Origin: an uncultured Verrucomicrobiae bacterium
GTDB lineage: Bacteria; Verrucomicrobiota; Verrucomicrobiia; Chthoniobacterales; Chthoniobacteraceae
DNA length: 64,000 nucleotides
Assembly: GCA_963836755.1 (NCBI GenBank)
Contig: CAWIKF010000002.1
Coordinates: 1,056,001 to 1,120,000, forward strand
Direction of reading: 5' to 3'
Positions within the stretch are counted from its first letter, which is position 1; each line of letters starts with the position of its first letter. Under the pieces are notes generated by a model, which saw only the letters and a list, made by a program, of their open reading frames with translations, was not told the DNA's origin and ran no database searches. The translations under genes were made by a program, and so were the position numbers. Shown one piece after another: positions 7,182-16,900 of the stretch.

Positions 7182-9671
7182 TTAGGCAGCGGCTTTGGCG
7201 GGAGCCGGCTTTGCCGGTTTCTTTTCACGCGCAGCAAATTCCCATCCGATTTTTCCCTTCGCGTCGAGGGTCAGGTGGGCCGAGAAGCTTTTGCCTTTTC
7301 CTTTTTTCGAGACGAAGCCGTTGATGAGATCGGTCTTGCCAGTGGTGAGCAGTTTTTGGATTTGCGCGGTCGGAAGTTGTTTTTGAAGGATGACTTTGCC
7401 AATGCGGAGGTCGCATGTCTTCGCTTCGGCTGCGGCGTTTTCGCAGATGAACGCGCTGTCAGTCTCGAAGACGGTTCCTTTTTTGCAGACGGGGCAGGGG
7501 GCGATCGGCGTGGCGCCGGTGAGGTCGACAGCTTGTTTCGTGTCGCCGTTGTCAAAGTCGAACTGCGGTTTGAAGTCTTCACCGAGCTTAATGATGGCGC
7601 TGAATGCGCGGCCCATCTTGCTGCGGAAACCATCGAGCGGGCCGACTTTGCCCTCAGTGAGAAGGGTGCGGATTTCCTCCGGCTCGAACTCGCGGCCCGC
7701 CATGCTTTTCCAGATGCGGAGCGCGCAGCCGGCGCAGGTGTAGGTGCGGTAGTCTTCCTTAAACGGGCCGCCGCCGCACTTCGGGCATTTGATGTCGAGA
7801 GTGAGGAACTCCCCTTCGATCGGCTTTTCGCCGAAGGCTTTGACTTTCTCGACGATGTCGCTGGTGAGGCCGCGGATCTCGCGCATGAAGAGGTCGCGCG
7901 AAAGTTCGCCACGCTCCATTTGCTTGAGCTTGAATTCCCATTCGCCCGTCATCTCCGGCTTGCAAAGCGTCTCCGCGCGGAGGTTGCGCAGCAGCGTGAT
8001 GAGTGAAATGCCTTTCGCCGTGGCGATGAGCTCCCGGCCTTTGCGCTCGGCGTAACCCTCAAAGATGAGGCCCTCGATGATCGATGCGCGCGTGGCCGGC
8101 GTGCCGAGGCCTTTTTCGCGCATCGCTTCGCGCAATTCCTCGTCCTCGACAAATTTGCCCGCGCCTTCCATCGCGGAGAGCAGCGTCGCGTCATTGAATC
8201 GCGCGGCGGGTTTCGTCTCGCTTTCCTTGATTTCAATGGCCTCGACTTTCGCGATTTCTCCGGCGGTGATCGGCACGAGCGCTTTGTCGGACTCGGCTTC
8301 CGTCTCGGATTGGCGACCGTAAACTTCAAGCCAGCCGGGCTTCACCACGATCTTGCCGTCCGTCTTAAACTTCTCGCCGGCGACCGTGGTGATGCGCGTG
8401 GTCAGCTCAAATTCCGCCGCAGGAAAAAATACCGCGATGAAACGCCGCGCGACCATGTCGTAAACTTTGGCGTGAATCTCATCGAGGGACTTCGCGTCGG
8501 CGCCGGTCGGAACGATGGCAAAGTGGTCGCTGATTTTCGCGTTGTTAAAGATGCGTTTGTTCGGATGCACCCAGCCGTTGTTTAACGCTTTGCTGGCGTG
8601 GTTCGCGAGGCTCGCGTCGCCGAAACTGCCGAGCACGTTTTTCGCGGTGCCGATGTAATCTTCTGGCAGGTAACGCGAATCGGTGCGCGGATAAGTCAGG
8701 ACTTTGTAACGCTCGTAAAGCGCCTGCGCGATCTGCAGCGTGCGGCGCGCCGAGAGCCCGAAGCGCGAATTCGCCTCGCGCTGCAGCGTCGTCAAATCGT
8801 AAAGCTGCGGCGCAATTTGAGTCTGCGGCTTTTTCTCCTCGGTGATCGCGCCCGTCTGGCCGTCGCAGTTTGCCTTGATTTCATCAGCCTTCGCGCGATC
8901 CCAGATCCGTTCCGCGCGGGCATCTTCGTCCGCGCCTTTTTTAAAAGTTTCGTCGAACCAGCGGCCGCGATAGCTGCCGGCATCGACGCCGAAATCACCG
9001 AAGACCTCGAAATAAGTGCGCGCCTGAAACGCGCGGATTTTTTCCTCGCGCTCAACGAGAATTGCGAGCGTCGGCGTCTGCACGCGGCCCGCGGTCGTCT
9101 TTTGAAAACCGCCTACCTGTCGCGAGTTGAAAGCCGTGAGCGCGCGCGTAGAGTTGATGCCGACGAGCCAGTCGCTCTCCGAGCGCGACACGGCCGCGTC
9201 GGCGAGCGGCTGCATTTCCGCATCGCTCCGCAAACGCCCAAACGCGTCGCGGATTGATTGCGCCGTCATCGATTGCAGCCAAAGTCGGGCGATCGGTTTT
9301 TTCGTGCCGGTGAGTTTGACGAGGTTACGAAAAATCAACTCGCCCTCGCGTCCGGCGTCGCACGCATTGATGAGCGTCTCCACATCCTTGCGCGCGATGA
9401 GCCGTTTCAAAACTTTGTAACGCACCTCGGTTTTGTCGATCGGCTTCAAGTCAAACTCGCTCGGCAGCACCGGCAGATTTTCGAGATTCCACTTCCCGCG
9501 CTTCACCTCGACACCCTCCGGCGCGCAAAGCTCGACGAGATGGCCGATGGCCGACGAGATCACGTAGCGGTCGTTTTCGAACCAGTCGCTCTGCTTCTCA
9601 AACTTCCCGAGCACGCGCGCCAGGTCGGCCGCGACGCTCGGTTTTTCCGCGATGATCAAGGCTTTGCCCAT
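7182..9671 (-). CDS. topB: DNA topoisomerase III (type IA)
   Basis: IIAEKPSVA, NACDAGREGELIF, GRVQTPTL, TYPRTDS (catalytic Tyr), GLGTPATRA; C-terminal Zn ribbons and GFRSKMGR/GFVSKKGK repeats. Confidence 0.95.
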   Translation of the reverse strand: MGKALIIAEKPSVAADLARVLGKFEKQSDWFENDRYVISSAIGHLVELCAPEGVEVKRGKWNLENLPVLPSEFDLKPIDKTEVRYKVLKRLIARKDVETLINACDAGREGELIFRNLVKLTGTKKPIARLWLQSMTAQSIRDAFGRLRSDAEMQPLADAAVSRSESDWLVGINSTRALTAFNSRQVGGFQKTTAGRVQTPTLAILVEREEKIRAFQARTYFEVFGDFGVDAGSYRGRWFDETFKKGADEDARAERIWDRAKADEIKANCDGQTGAITEEKKPQTQIAPQLYDLTTLQREANSRFGLSARRTLQIAQALYERYKVLTYPRTDSRYLPEDYIGTAKNVLGSFGDASLANHASKALNNGWVHPNKRIFNNAKISDHFAIVPTGADAKSLDEIHAKVYDMVARRFIAVFFPAAEFELTTRITTVAGEKFKTDGKIVVKPGWLEVYGRQSETEAESDKALVPITAGEIAKVEAIEIKESETKPAARFNDATLLSAMEGAGKFVEDEELREAMREKGLGTPATRASIIEGLIFEGYAERKGRELIATAKGISLITLLRNLRAETLCKPEMTGEWEFKLKQMERGELSRDLFMREIRGLTSDIVEKVKAFGEKPIEGEFLTLDIKCPKCGGGPFKEDYRTYTCAGCALRIWKSMAGREFEPEEIRTLLTEGKVGPLDGFRSKMGRAFSAIIKLGEDFKPQFDFDNGDTKQAVDLTGATPIAPCPVCKKGTVFETDSAFICENAAAEAKTCDLRIGKVILQKQLPTAQIQKLLTTGKTDLINGFVSKKGKGKSFSAHLTLDAKGKIGWEFAAREKKPAKPAPAKAAA

Positions 9672-10762
9672 TAGTTTAATTTCACGAAATGCTGGCCGGG
9701 CAGTTGTTTAACAAGGCGTTTCATTTCGAGGGCGAGCAAGGTAGAAGACACTTTCCCGGATGGCAAACTGGTTTTTGCAATGATCGCATCGATCGGCGTC
9801 TCCGCCTCGTCCAGCGCAGCATAAACGGCCTGCTCGTCCCCCTGCAGGGAAGTGGCGCGCGCGGAAGGCCGCGGCTGCGGAGACTCATGAAAAAGCACGT
9901 GCATCTCGTCGAGAATGTCGCCCGCGCTCATCACGAGTTTCGCGCCTTGCTGGATCAGCCGGTTGGAGCCCGCCGCGCTCGGCCGGTCGATCTGTCCGGG
10001 CACCGCATAAACACTGCGCCCGCAGTCGATGGCTTGCGACGCGGTAATGAGCGCGCCGCTGTTCAGTCCCGCCTCGACCACGAGCACGCCAGAGCCCCAG
10101 CCCGCCACGATGCGGTTGCGCATTGGAAAAGTTTGCACGTCCGCTTTCACGTCCATGGAAAATTCCGTCACGACCGCGCCCGATTCTGCGATTTTTTCCG
10201 CGAGCGGGATGTTTTCGGCTGGATAAATCTTGTTTAAACCAGAGCCAAGCACCGAAATCGTTCGCCCCTTCGCCGCGAGCGCGCCTTGATGAGCCGCGGT
10301 GTCGATGCCGCGCGCAAGTCCGCTCACCACGCTGACGCCGGCGTAAGCGAGCTGATACGAAAGTTTTTTCGCCGACTCCGTTCCGTAATGGCTCGCTTGT
10401 CGCGATCCGACGACGCCGATGGCATGTTCCGGTTGTTCTAACAAGCGCCCCCACACGTAAAGCACGATCGGTGCGCTGTGGATTTCTCGCAGCAGCGGCG
10501 GGTAATCGCGCGACTCCTGCGTCACGACATGCGCGCCGACCTTCTCAATTCGCGCCAGTTCCGCCGCTAGATCCACCTGCTCTTCCCACTTTGCAATCGT
10601 CGCCGCGACTTCTGGCCCGATGCCAGCCACGGCGCGCAAATCAGCCGGCTTTGCCTGCAAAATCTGCTGCGGCTTTTGAAAGACCTCGAGCAATTTGCGC
10701 AGCCGCACCGGTCCCATTCCCGGGATCATGTTCAGTGCGATGCACGCCTCCGTCTCCGTCAT
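9671..10762 (-). CDS. dprA: DNA processing protein DprA (Smf)
   Basis: VVGSR, VSGLARGIDTAAHQGAL, FPMRNRIVAG, SGALITA, GSNRLIQQGA, C-terminal winged helix. Confidence 0.97.
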   Translation of the reverse strand: MTETEACIALNMIPGMGPVRLRKLLEVFQKPQQILQAKPADLRAVAGIGPEVAATIAKWEEQVDLAAELARIEKVGAHVVTQESRDYPPLLREIHSAPIVLYVWGRLLEQPEHAIGVVGSRQASHYGTESAKKLSYQLAYAGVSVVSGLARGIDTAAHQGALAAKGRTISVLGSGLNKIYPAENIPLAEKIAESGAVVTEFSMDVKADVQTFPMRNRIVAGWGSGVLVVEAGLNSGALITASQAIDCGRSVYAVPGQIDRPSAAGSNRLIQQGAKLVMSAGDILDEMHVLFHESPQPRPSARATSLQGDEQAVYAALDEAETPIDAIIAKTSLPSGKVSSTLLALEMKRLVKQLPGQHFVKLN

Positions 10763-10803
10763 GGCGGGAAAGTAACACGCGCGTCAAATGCGGCGGAGGG
10801 GAG

Positions 10804-10880
10804 TGGTCGGGCTGGCGGGATTCGAACCCGCGGCCTCCTGCACCCGAGGCAGGCGCTCTACCAAGCTGAGCCACAGCCCG
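10804..10880 (-). tRNA. tRNA-Pro (anticodon CGG), CCA encoded
   Basis: Reverse complement CGGGCTGTGGCTCAGCTTGGTAGAGCGCCTGCCTCGGGTGCAGGAGGCCGCGGGTTCGAATCCCGCCAGCCCGACCA: 7-bp acceptor stem, CCTGC/GCAGG anticodon stem with CTCGGGT loop, TTCGAAT T-loop. Confidence 0.97.
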
Positions 10881-10941
10881 AATTTGTGAGCGAGCAAACT
10901 AACACCGCAGCCGGGCCGGTCAACTCAATTGGAACGGCCAC

Positions 10942-13900
10942 TCAAGCCGCCGAATCGCCGTTGCCTGCCAGCCGCGCGATTTGCTCTTTTTGCGCGGCGA
11001 GTTCTTTTTGCAATTGCTCCATCGCCTGATCGCGCTCGCGCATCAACGCATTAAAATTTTCGCCGACCGCGTGGAGCTCGAGCTTGCTTTCGCGTTTCAC
11101 GGTTGCAATTTGCTCCTTCAATTCCGACACACGCTGGCGCGCGGCGGCGAGCTCTTCCTGAGCGACGCGCGCCTTCTCGGCCTCGGAATTTTTTTCCGCG
11201 AGAAGCTGCTCCCGCACGCGCGTCAAATTCTCGATCTCACGCTGCTTTTCAGAGATGGCCTGCGAAACTTTTTTCGCATCATCCTTGCCGCGACTGACTT
11301 TGTCGAGCTGCACCCGCAGGTCGCCGAGCTCCTGAATGTAAGCCTGCTTCGCGTCATCGAGCTTGTCGTAGTGAAGTTGTTTTTGCTGCGCCAACTCTGC
11401 CGTCACCGCACGATGTTTCGCGTCGAGTTCATCGCGCTGCGCAGACAGCGTCGAAATTTGCCCGCCGTGCTTTGATTCCATCTCCGCAAGCAGACGTTCG
11501 TGTTCCGCGTGCGCCTTTGCGGCGGAGGCGAGCGCGGTTTCTCTTTCGCGCGTCGCCTGCTGGCTCGCGGCCTGCAGCGCTTCCGCGCGTTTTTTGAAAT
11601 CTTCGTTCAACGCCGCGATTTGCTGCCGGTGATTCTCGCCAAGCGCCGCGATTTGCGCAGTGAGCTGCTCGCGCTCCTGCGTGAGGCGCGCCTGCTCGGC
11701 AGCGGCAGATTCGCGTTCCGAATCCAAAGACGAAATGCGCGCTTTTTGTTCGTCGGCTGTCCGCTGCAATTCCGCGAGCGCCACTTCCCGCTCGCGCGAT
11801 GCCGCGTTGATCTCTTCCAGTGCCTTTGCCTTGTTTTGCAATTCCGTTTCGAGCGCGGCGATGCGCGCTTTGTGACCGCTGTCAGTCTGCGACAATTGTG
11901 CAGCGATGCGATCGCGCTCCGTTGTCAGAGCCTTTTCGGCATCGGCAGCGTCCTCGCGCAATTTTTCCAGCGCAGCCTCCGCCTCCTGCTTCTCGCGCGC
12001 CGTTTGGCCACGGCTTTCGCGCAGGGCTGCGAGCTGCTTTTCATAATCCTCGCGCAAATTTTCGATCTGCTGCCGTTGCGAATTTTCGATCTGCACGATT
12101 CGCAGAGTGAGCTGGTCGCGGTGCGCCGCGAGCTCTTCCACGCGCTCATCGAATTCTGCATTGAGCGTCGTGATCCGCTTTTCCGCAGCGTCGCGCGTGG
12201 CGTCAATTTCCGCCAACGCCGCAGCTCGTTCTTCAAAAACAGCGTAGAGCTGCTTGCCAAGCGCGTCGGCCTGCTCTTTCGATTCCTTGCGCAGCTCGCG
12301 CAGTTGCCGCAAAGTTTTGTCGCGGTCGGCCGCCGCGGCATCGCGTTCCTTTGCGAAAATCTCCGCCTGCGCGCCATGATCGCGGCGCACCTCGGCGAGC
12401 TCGCTCTGCAATCGCTCGCGCAGCGCCTCGAGGTCGCGATTCGCATTTGCAATGGCCTCGTCTTTCGCGAGCACGATCGCCTCGCGTTCCTGCTGCAGAG
12501 CCACCGCGCGCTTCGCATGCTCCTCGGCGGCGGCGTCGATTTGTTTCGCAAATTGCTCGCGTGCCTCGGCCAGTTGCGCGGTTGATTCCTCGACCGCCTG
12601 CGCCAGCGCTTCGCGCTCTTGCGTCAAAGTTGCGAGCCGCTCGTTCATTGCCCGCGCCGTCTGCTCGATTTGCTCGCGCTGCATCGTCGCTTCCGCGAGC
12701 GCGCGTTGATGGCCTTCGCTTAAGGCATGCAACTGCTCTTGATGATCAGCGGCCGACTCGGTCAAACGCGCCTTTGCATGTTCCAGCTCGCGTTCCGTTT
12801 TGTTTAACGCGTCGTTTTTCTCGTCGCGCTCGTGCTGAAGTGCGATTGCCCGTTTCGCATGTTCCTCCGCGGCAGTTTCGAGCTGCTTTTGAAATTCTGC
12901 AGCAGTCGCGGCGAGCTTCGTCAGCGCTTCATCGCGAGCCTGCGTGAGTGCCTCCCGTTCCTCTTCCAGAGCGGTTCTCCGATGATTCGACTCGTCCGCG
13001 GCTTTCGCGATTTCTTCACGCTGCGCCTCGGCGTCCAGCAACGCGCGCCGATGAATTTCGCCGATCGACTTCAGCTGTTCCTGATGCTCTTTCTCAGCCT
13101 GCTCGCGCGCATTTTGGATCGCAGCGCGCTCTTCTTCAACCGCGTGCAACTTTTGCTCCAACTCAGAAATGTGCCGCGTCCGCGCCTCGGTGCTCGCCGC
13201 CATTTCCGTGCGAGTTTCCTCGAGATCTCGCGCAAACTGATCGCGCTGATGGCGCAATCCTGACACCTCGGCTTCGTGCTCAACTTTCGCCACCGCGAAT
13301 TGCTCCGTGCGCTCTTTCGCCTGTGCGAGTTCCGCCTGAAGCTGGTCGCGATCGGATTGCAGCGCGCCGCGTTGCGCATCGAGCGCGGCGATTTGTTTTT
13401 CGAGGTCCGCGCGCAAAGTTTGCGTCCCTTGCTCGAGTCGCGAGGTCTCCGCCGCGAGGTGCGCCGCAGTTTCATCGCGCTCGCGGATGACGCCGTGAAG
13501 CTGCTGCGTCAATTCCTCGACCTGCATCTTGTAATCGCGCCGGATTCGCGCGAGCTCGCCCGTGATTTTTTCGTTTTCCTTCCGAGCCTGCGAAAGTTGG
13601 TGATCGTGCGCAACCCGCGCCGTTGCTAGCTCCGCGGCGATTTCGTCGTGACGCGCACGCGCGGCGGCGTCCAGACTTTTTTGATTCTCGGCAGCTTCCT
13701 TGAGCTGTTCCAAAAGTGCCTCGCGTTCGTGCAACGCTGCGTCGCGCTGGCCTGCGACGGCGTCGAAACGGTGCATTTCCTCGTCGCGGACGGTCTGCAA
13801 TTCGGCGGCAGCCGCGGCGCGAACGCCGGCGATCGCCTCTTCTAATTCCTTTTGATGCTGCTCGCGCGCCAGCGCCATCGCCCCGTTGAGACGATGGTTT

Positions 13901-16900
13901 TCCGCAATCATCTGCTCGCGCTGTTTTTCAAAATTCGCGCGCGCTTCGGCGAGCTCCTCGCGAACTTTTTCACGTTCGCGCGAGGTCTCTTCGTGCTGGT
14001 GACGCAGCGCATCAATCTGCTGCTGATTTCCCTCGTTCGCGTGGGCAAACGCAGCCGCGAGCTGGTCTTTCGCCAGCGCGATTTCGTTGCGCTGCTGCTC
14101 GGCAAAATCCGCTTGCTTCCGATGCTCCGCGACGAGCGCCTCGATTTTCGCCTGGTGATTCGCATCCGCCGTTTCGCGCTGCGCCTGATGATCGCGCGCG
14201 AGCTGCTCTAGTTGTTGTTTGCCTTCCTCGCGAATACGCGCGCCCTGCGCGATCGCGTCGTCGCGCTCGTGCTCGAGCGCCATGCGCAATTGCACGAAAT
14301 GCTCCGCCTTTTTTTGCTGCTCCGCATGCAGCGCGGCTAGCTGCTTTTGATGCGCCGCGCCGAGAGCCTCGACCTGTGCCGCATGCTCAGCGCGCGTCGA
14401 TTCGAGCTGCGCTGCGAGTTGCTCGCGCTCGTGATTAAGATCGTTGCGCTGCTGCGTCACTTCGCCAAGCCGCCGCGCGTGATCTGTATTTAGTGCATCG
14501 ACCTGTTTTTGATGCGCATCGATTGCCTGCGCGAGTTTGTAAGACGCCGTGTCGCGCTCGCGCAAAATTTCATCGCGCTGCTTTGTGAGCGCCTCGAGAT
14601 GCTCGCGCGCTTCGCCGGAAATCGTCGCGACATGCGCGGCGTGCTGCTCATTGACCGCCGCGAGCTGCTTCTCGTGCTCGCCGTGCAGATCCACAGTCGC
14701 CTGCTCGTGCTCCTCGCGCATCCGCTGCAACACCGCGAGCAGCGAACTTTTTTCGTGCGCAAACGCGGCGCGCTCCTGCTGAAAAGTTTCTTCCGCACGC
14801 GCCGAATCCGCCTGCAGCGCGAGAATTTGCTCCGCATGTTTTCGATCGAGCGCGGTTTGCTGATTTTTAAAATCCGAAGCGATCGCTGCGATGCGGTTCC
14901 GTTGCTGTTCCTCAGCCGTCGCGAGTTCGGCCGCATGCGCTTCGCGCGCTTGTGCAAACTCCGCCGCGAGCTGCTCTTTCTCGCGCACAATTTCTGCGCG
15001 CTGTTGATTCAGCGCCTCGATTTGCTGCGCATGCGCCGCGTCATTTTGCGCGACGTGCGCAGCATGTTTTTGCCCGAGCGATTCAAGTTCGCCGCGATGA
15101 TTCGCCGACAAAGTTTCCACTTGCTCGTGATGCGACTGGGCGAGCTGCGCCAACTGCTGCCGCGCATTTTCGCCAGCGAGCGCGAGCGCCTGTTTGTGCT
15201 CGTCCTTTGCCTGCGACAATTGCGCGAACGCCATCTCTTTTTCGCGCGTCAGCACAGCGCGCTCCTGCTGGTGTCGCTGCACCAGCATATCGTTCGCTTT
15301 TTGATGATCCTCGTTTAACGCAGCGATTTGCTGGCGGTGCGCGTCAGCGAGATGGTCTAGCTGCTCCGCGCGAAGTTCTTCCGCCGCCTGCAACGCACTT
15401 TTATGCTCATCAATCGCCTGCGCGAGCTGCGCAAAGGCCGATTCTTTTTCCAGCGTGAGCGCGCCGAGTTCCTGTAAATGTTTTTGCGCCAGCGCATCAT
15501 TGTTTTTCTGATGACTCTCGGTGAGCTCCGCGATTTGCTGGTGATGTCTCGCGGCGAGCGCATCGAGCTGTCTCCGCGAACTTTCATCCGCCGCGTGGAG
15601 CGCAGCTTGGTGCTCTTCCTTTGCCTGCGTGAATTGCGCGAGGATTTGCTCGCGTTCGCGCGCCGCGGCCTCGCGCTGTTCGTAATGTTTCTGCGCGAGC
15701 GCCTCGGCCTCGGCCTTGTGCTCTGCGTGCAAAGTTTCCAGTTGCTGCCGATGCTTCAGCTCGACGCCTTCCAGCTGCAGCCGCGCTTTTTCCTGCTCGG
15801 CGGCGAGCGCTTTTTTGTGATCCTCTTTTGCGAGCATCAGCTTTCCAAAAGCGATGTCCTTTTCACGGCCGAGCGCCTCGCGCTGTTCCTGGAATTTCTG
15901 CGTCAGGACTTCGATTTGTTTTTTCTGGTCGGCTAAAAGCGCCTCGATCTGGCGCTTGTGCGCCTGCGCCAAAGCTTCGATCTGCTGGCGCGTTTTTTCC
16001 TGCGCATCGGCCAGCGCTTTTTGATGATCGGAGCGCGCCTGCGCGAGCTCGCGAAGCACCTGCTCTTTTTCGCGGGCGACCGCTTCGCGCTGAACTTTGG
16101 CGGCATCGAGCTGGCGCTGATGCTCGGTGCGCAGCAGATCAAACTCGCGTTTGTGCGCGATGCCGAGCGCATCCATTTTTTCGTGATGCGATTGGCCGAG
16201 CACGTCGAGCTGGCGGCGCGTTTCGACGGCGGCAGCGTCGAGCGCTTTTTTGTGATCCTCCCGCGTCTGCGCGAGTTCGGCGATCACCTGCGCTTTTTCC
16301 TGCACGACAAATTCGCGCTGCTGATTGAGTTGAGCGGCCGCTTTTTCATGCTCCGCGCGCAACGCATTCAGCTCGGCATCATGATTCTGTGCGAGCGCGG
16401 CGACTTGCTTTTTGTGATCGTCGCCGAGGATTTCGATCTGCCGGTGATGATCGTTGCGGACCGTCGCGAATTGTTTTTTGTGCGCTTCCTCGAGCGCGAT
16501 TAATTGCGCGGCGAGTTGTTCGCGTTCGGCAATGATCTGGTCGCGCTGGTTGTCGAGCGATTCGACATGCTTGCGATGATCGGCGTTGAGGAGCTCGAGT
16601 TGTTTTTGATGCGATTCGAGCGCCTGCGAAAGTTGGAACGAAAGCGAATCGCGCTCGCCGATCGCCGTGTCGCGCTGGTCGCTCAACCCGTTAACGCGTT
16701 GCTGGTGCTCCAGTGTCAGCGCCTCGACTTTTTGCCGATGCGATTCATTGAGCGAATCGACGAAACGCTTGTGGTCGTCGCGCGCCTGCGCGAGCTCCGC
16801 GGTCGTCGCATCGCGCTGGCGGATGACCTCGTCGCGCTGCGCGTGGAGCGCGGTGGAGCGCTTGTTGTAATCCTCATCGAGCGCCGCGACGTGCTTGCGA

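Noticed and set aside
7182..10762. dprA-topB as a mobile or conjugative module
   Set aside because: dprA next to a type IA topoisomerase is a common chromosomal arrangement, and no transfer genes are present.
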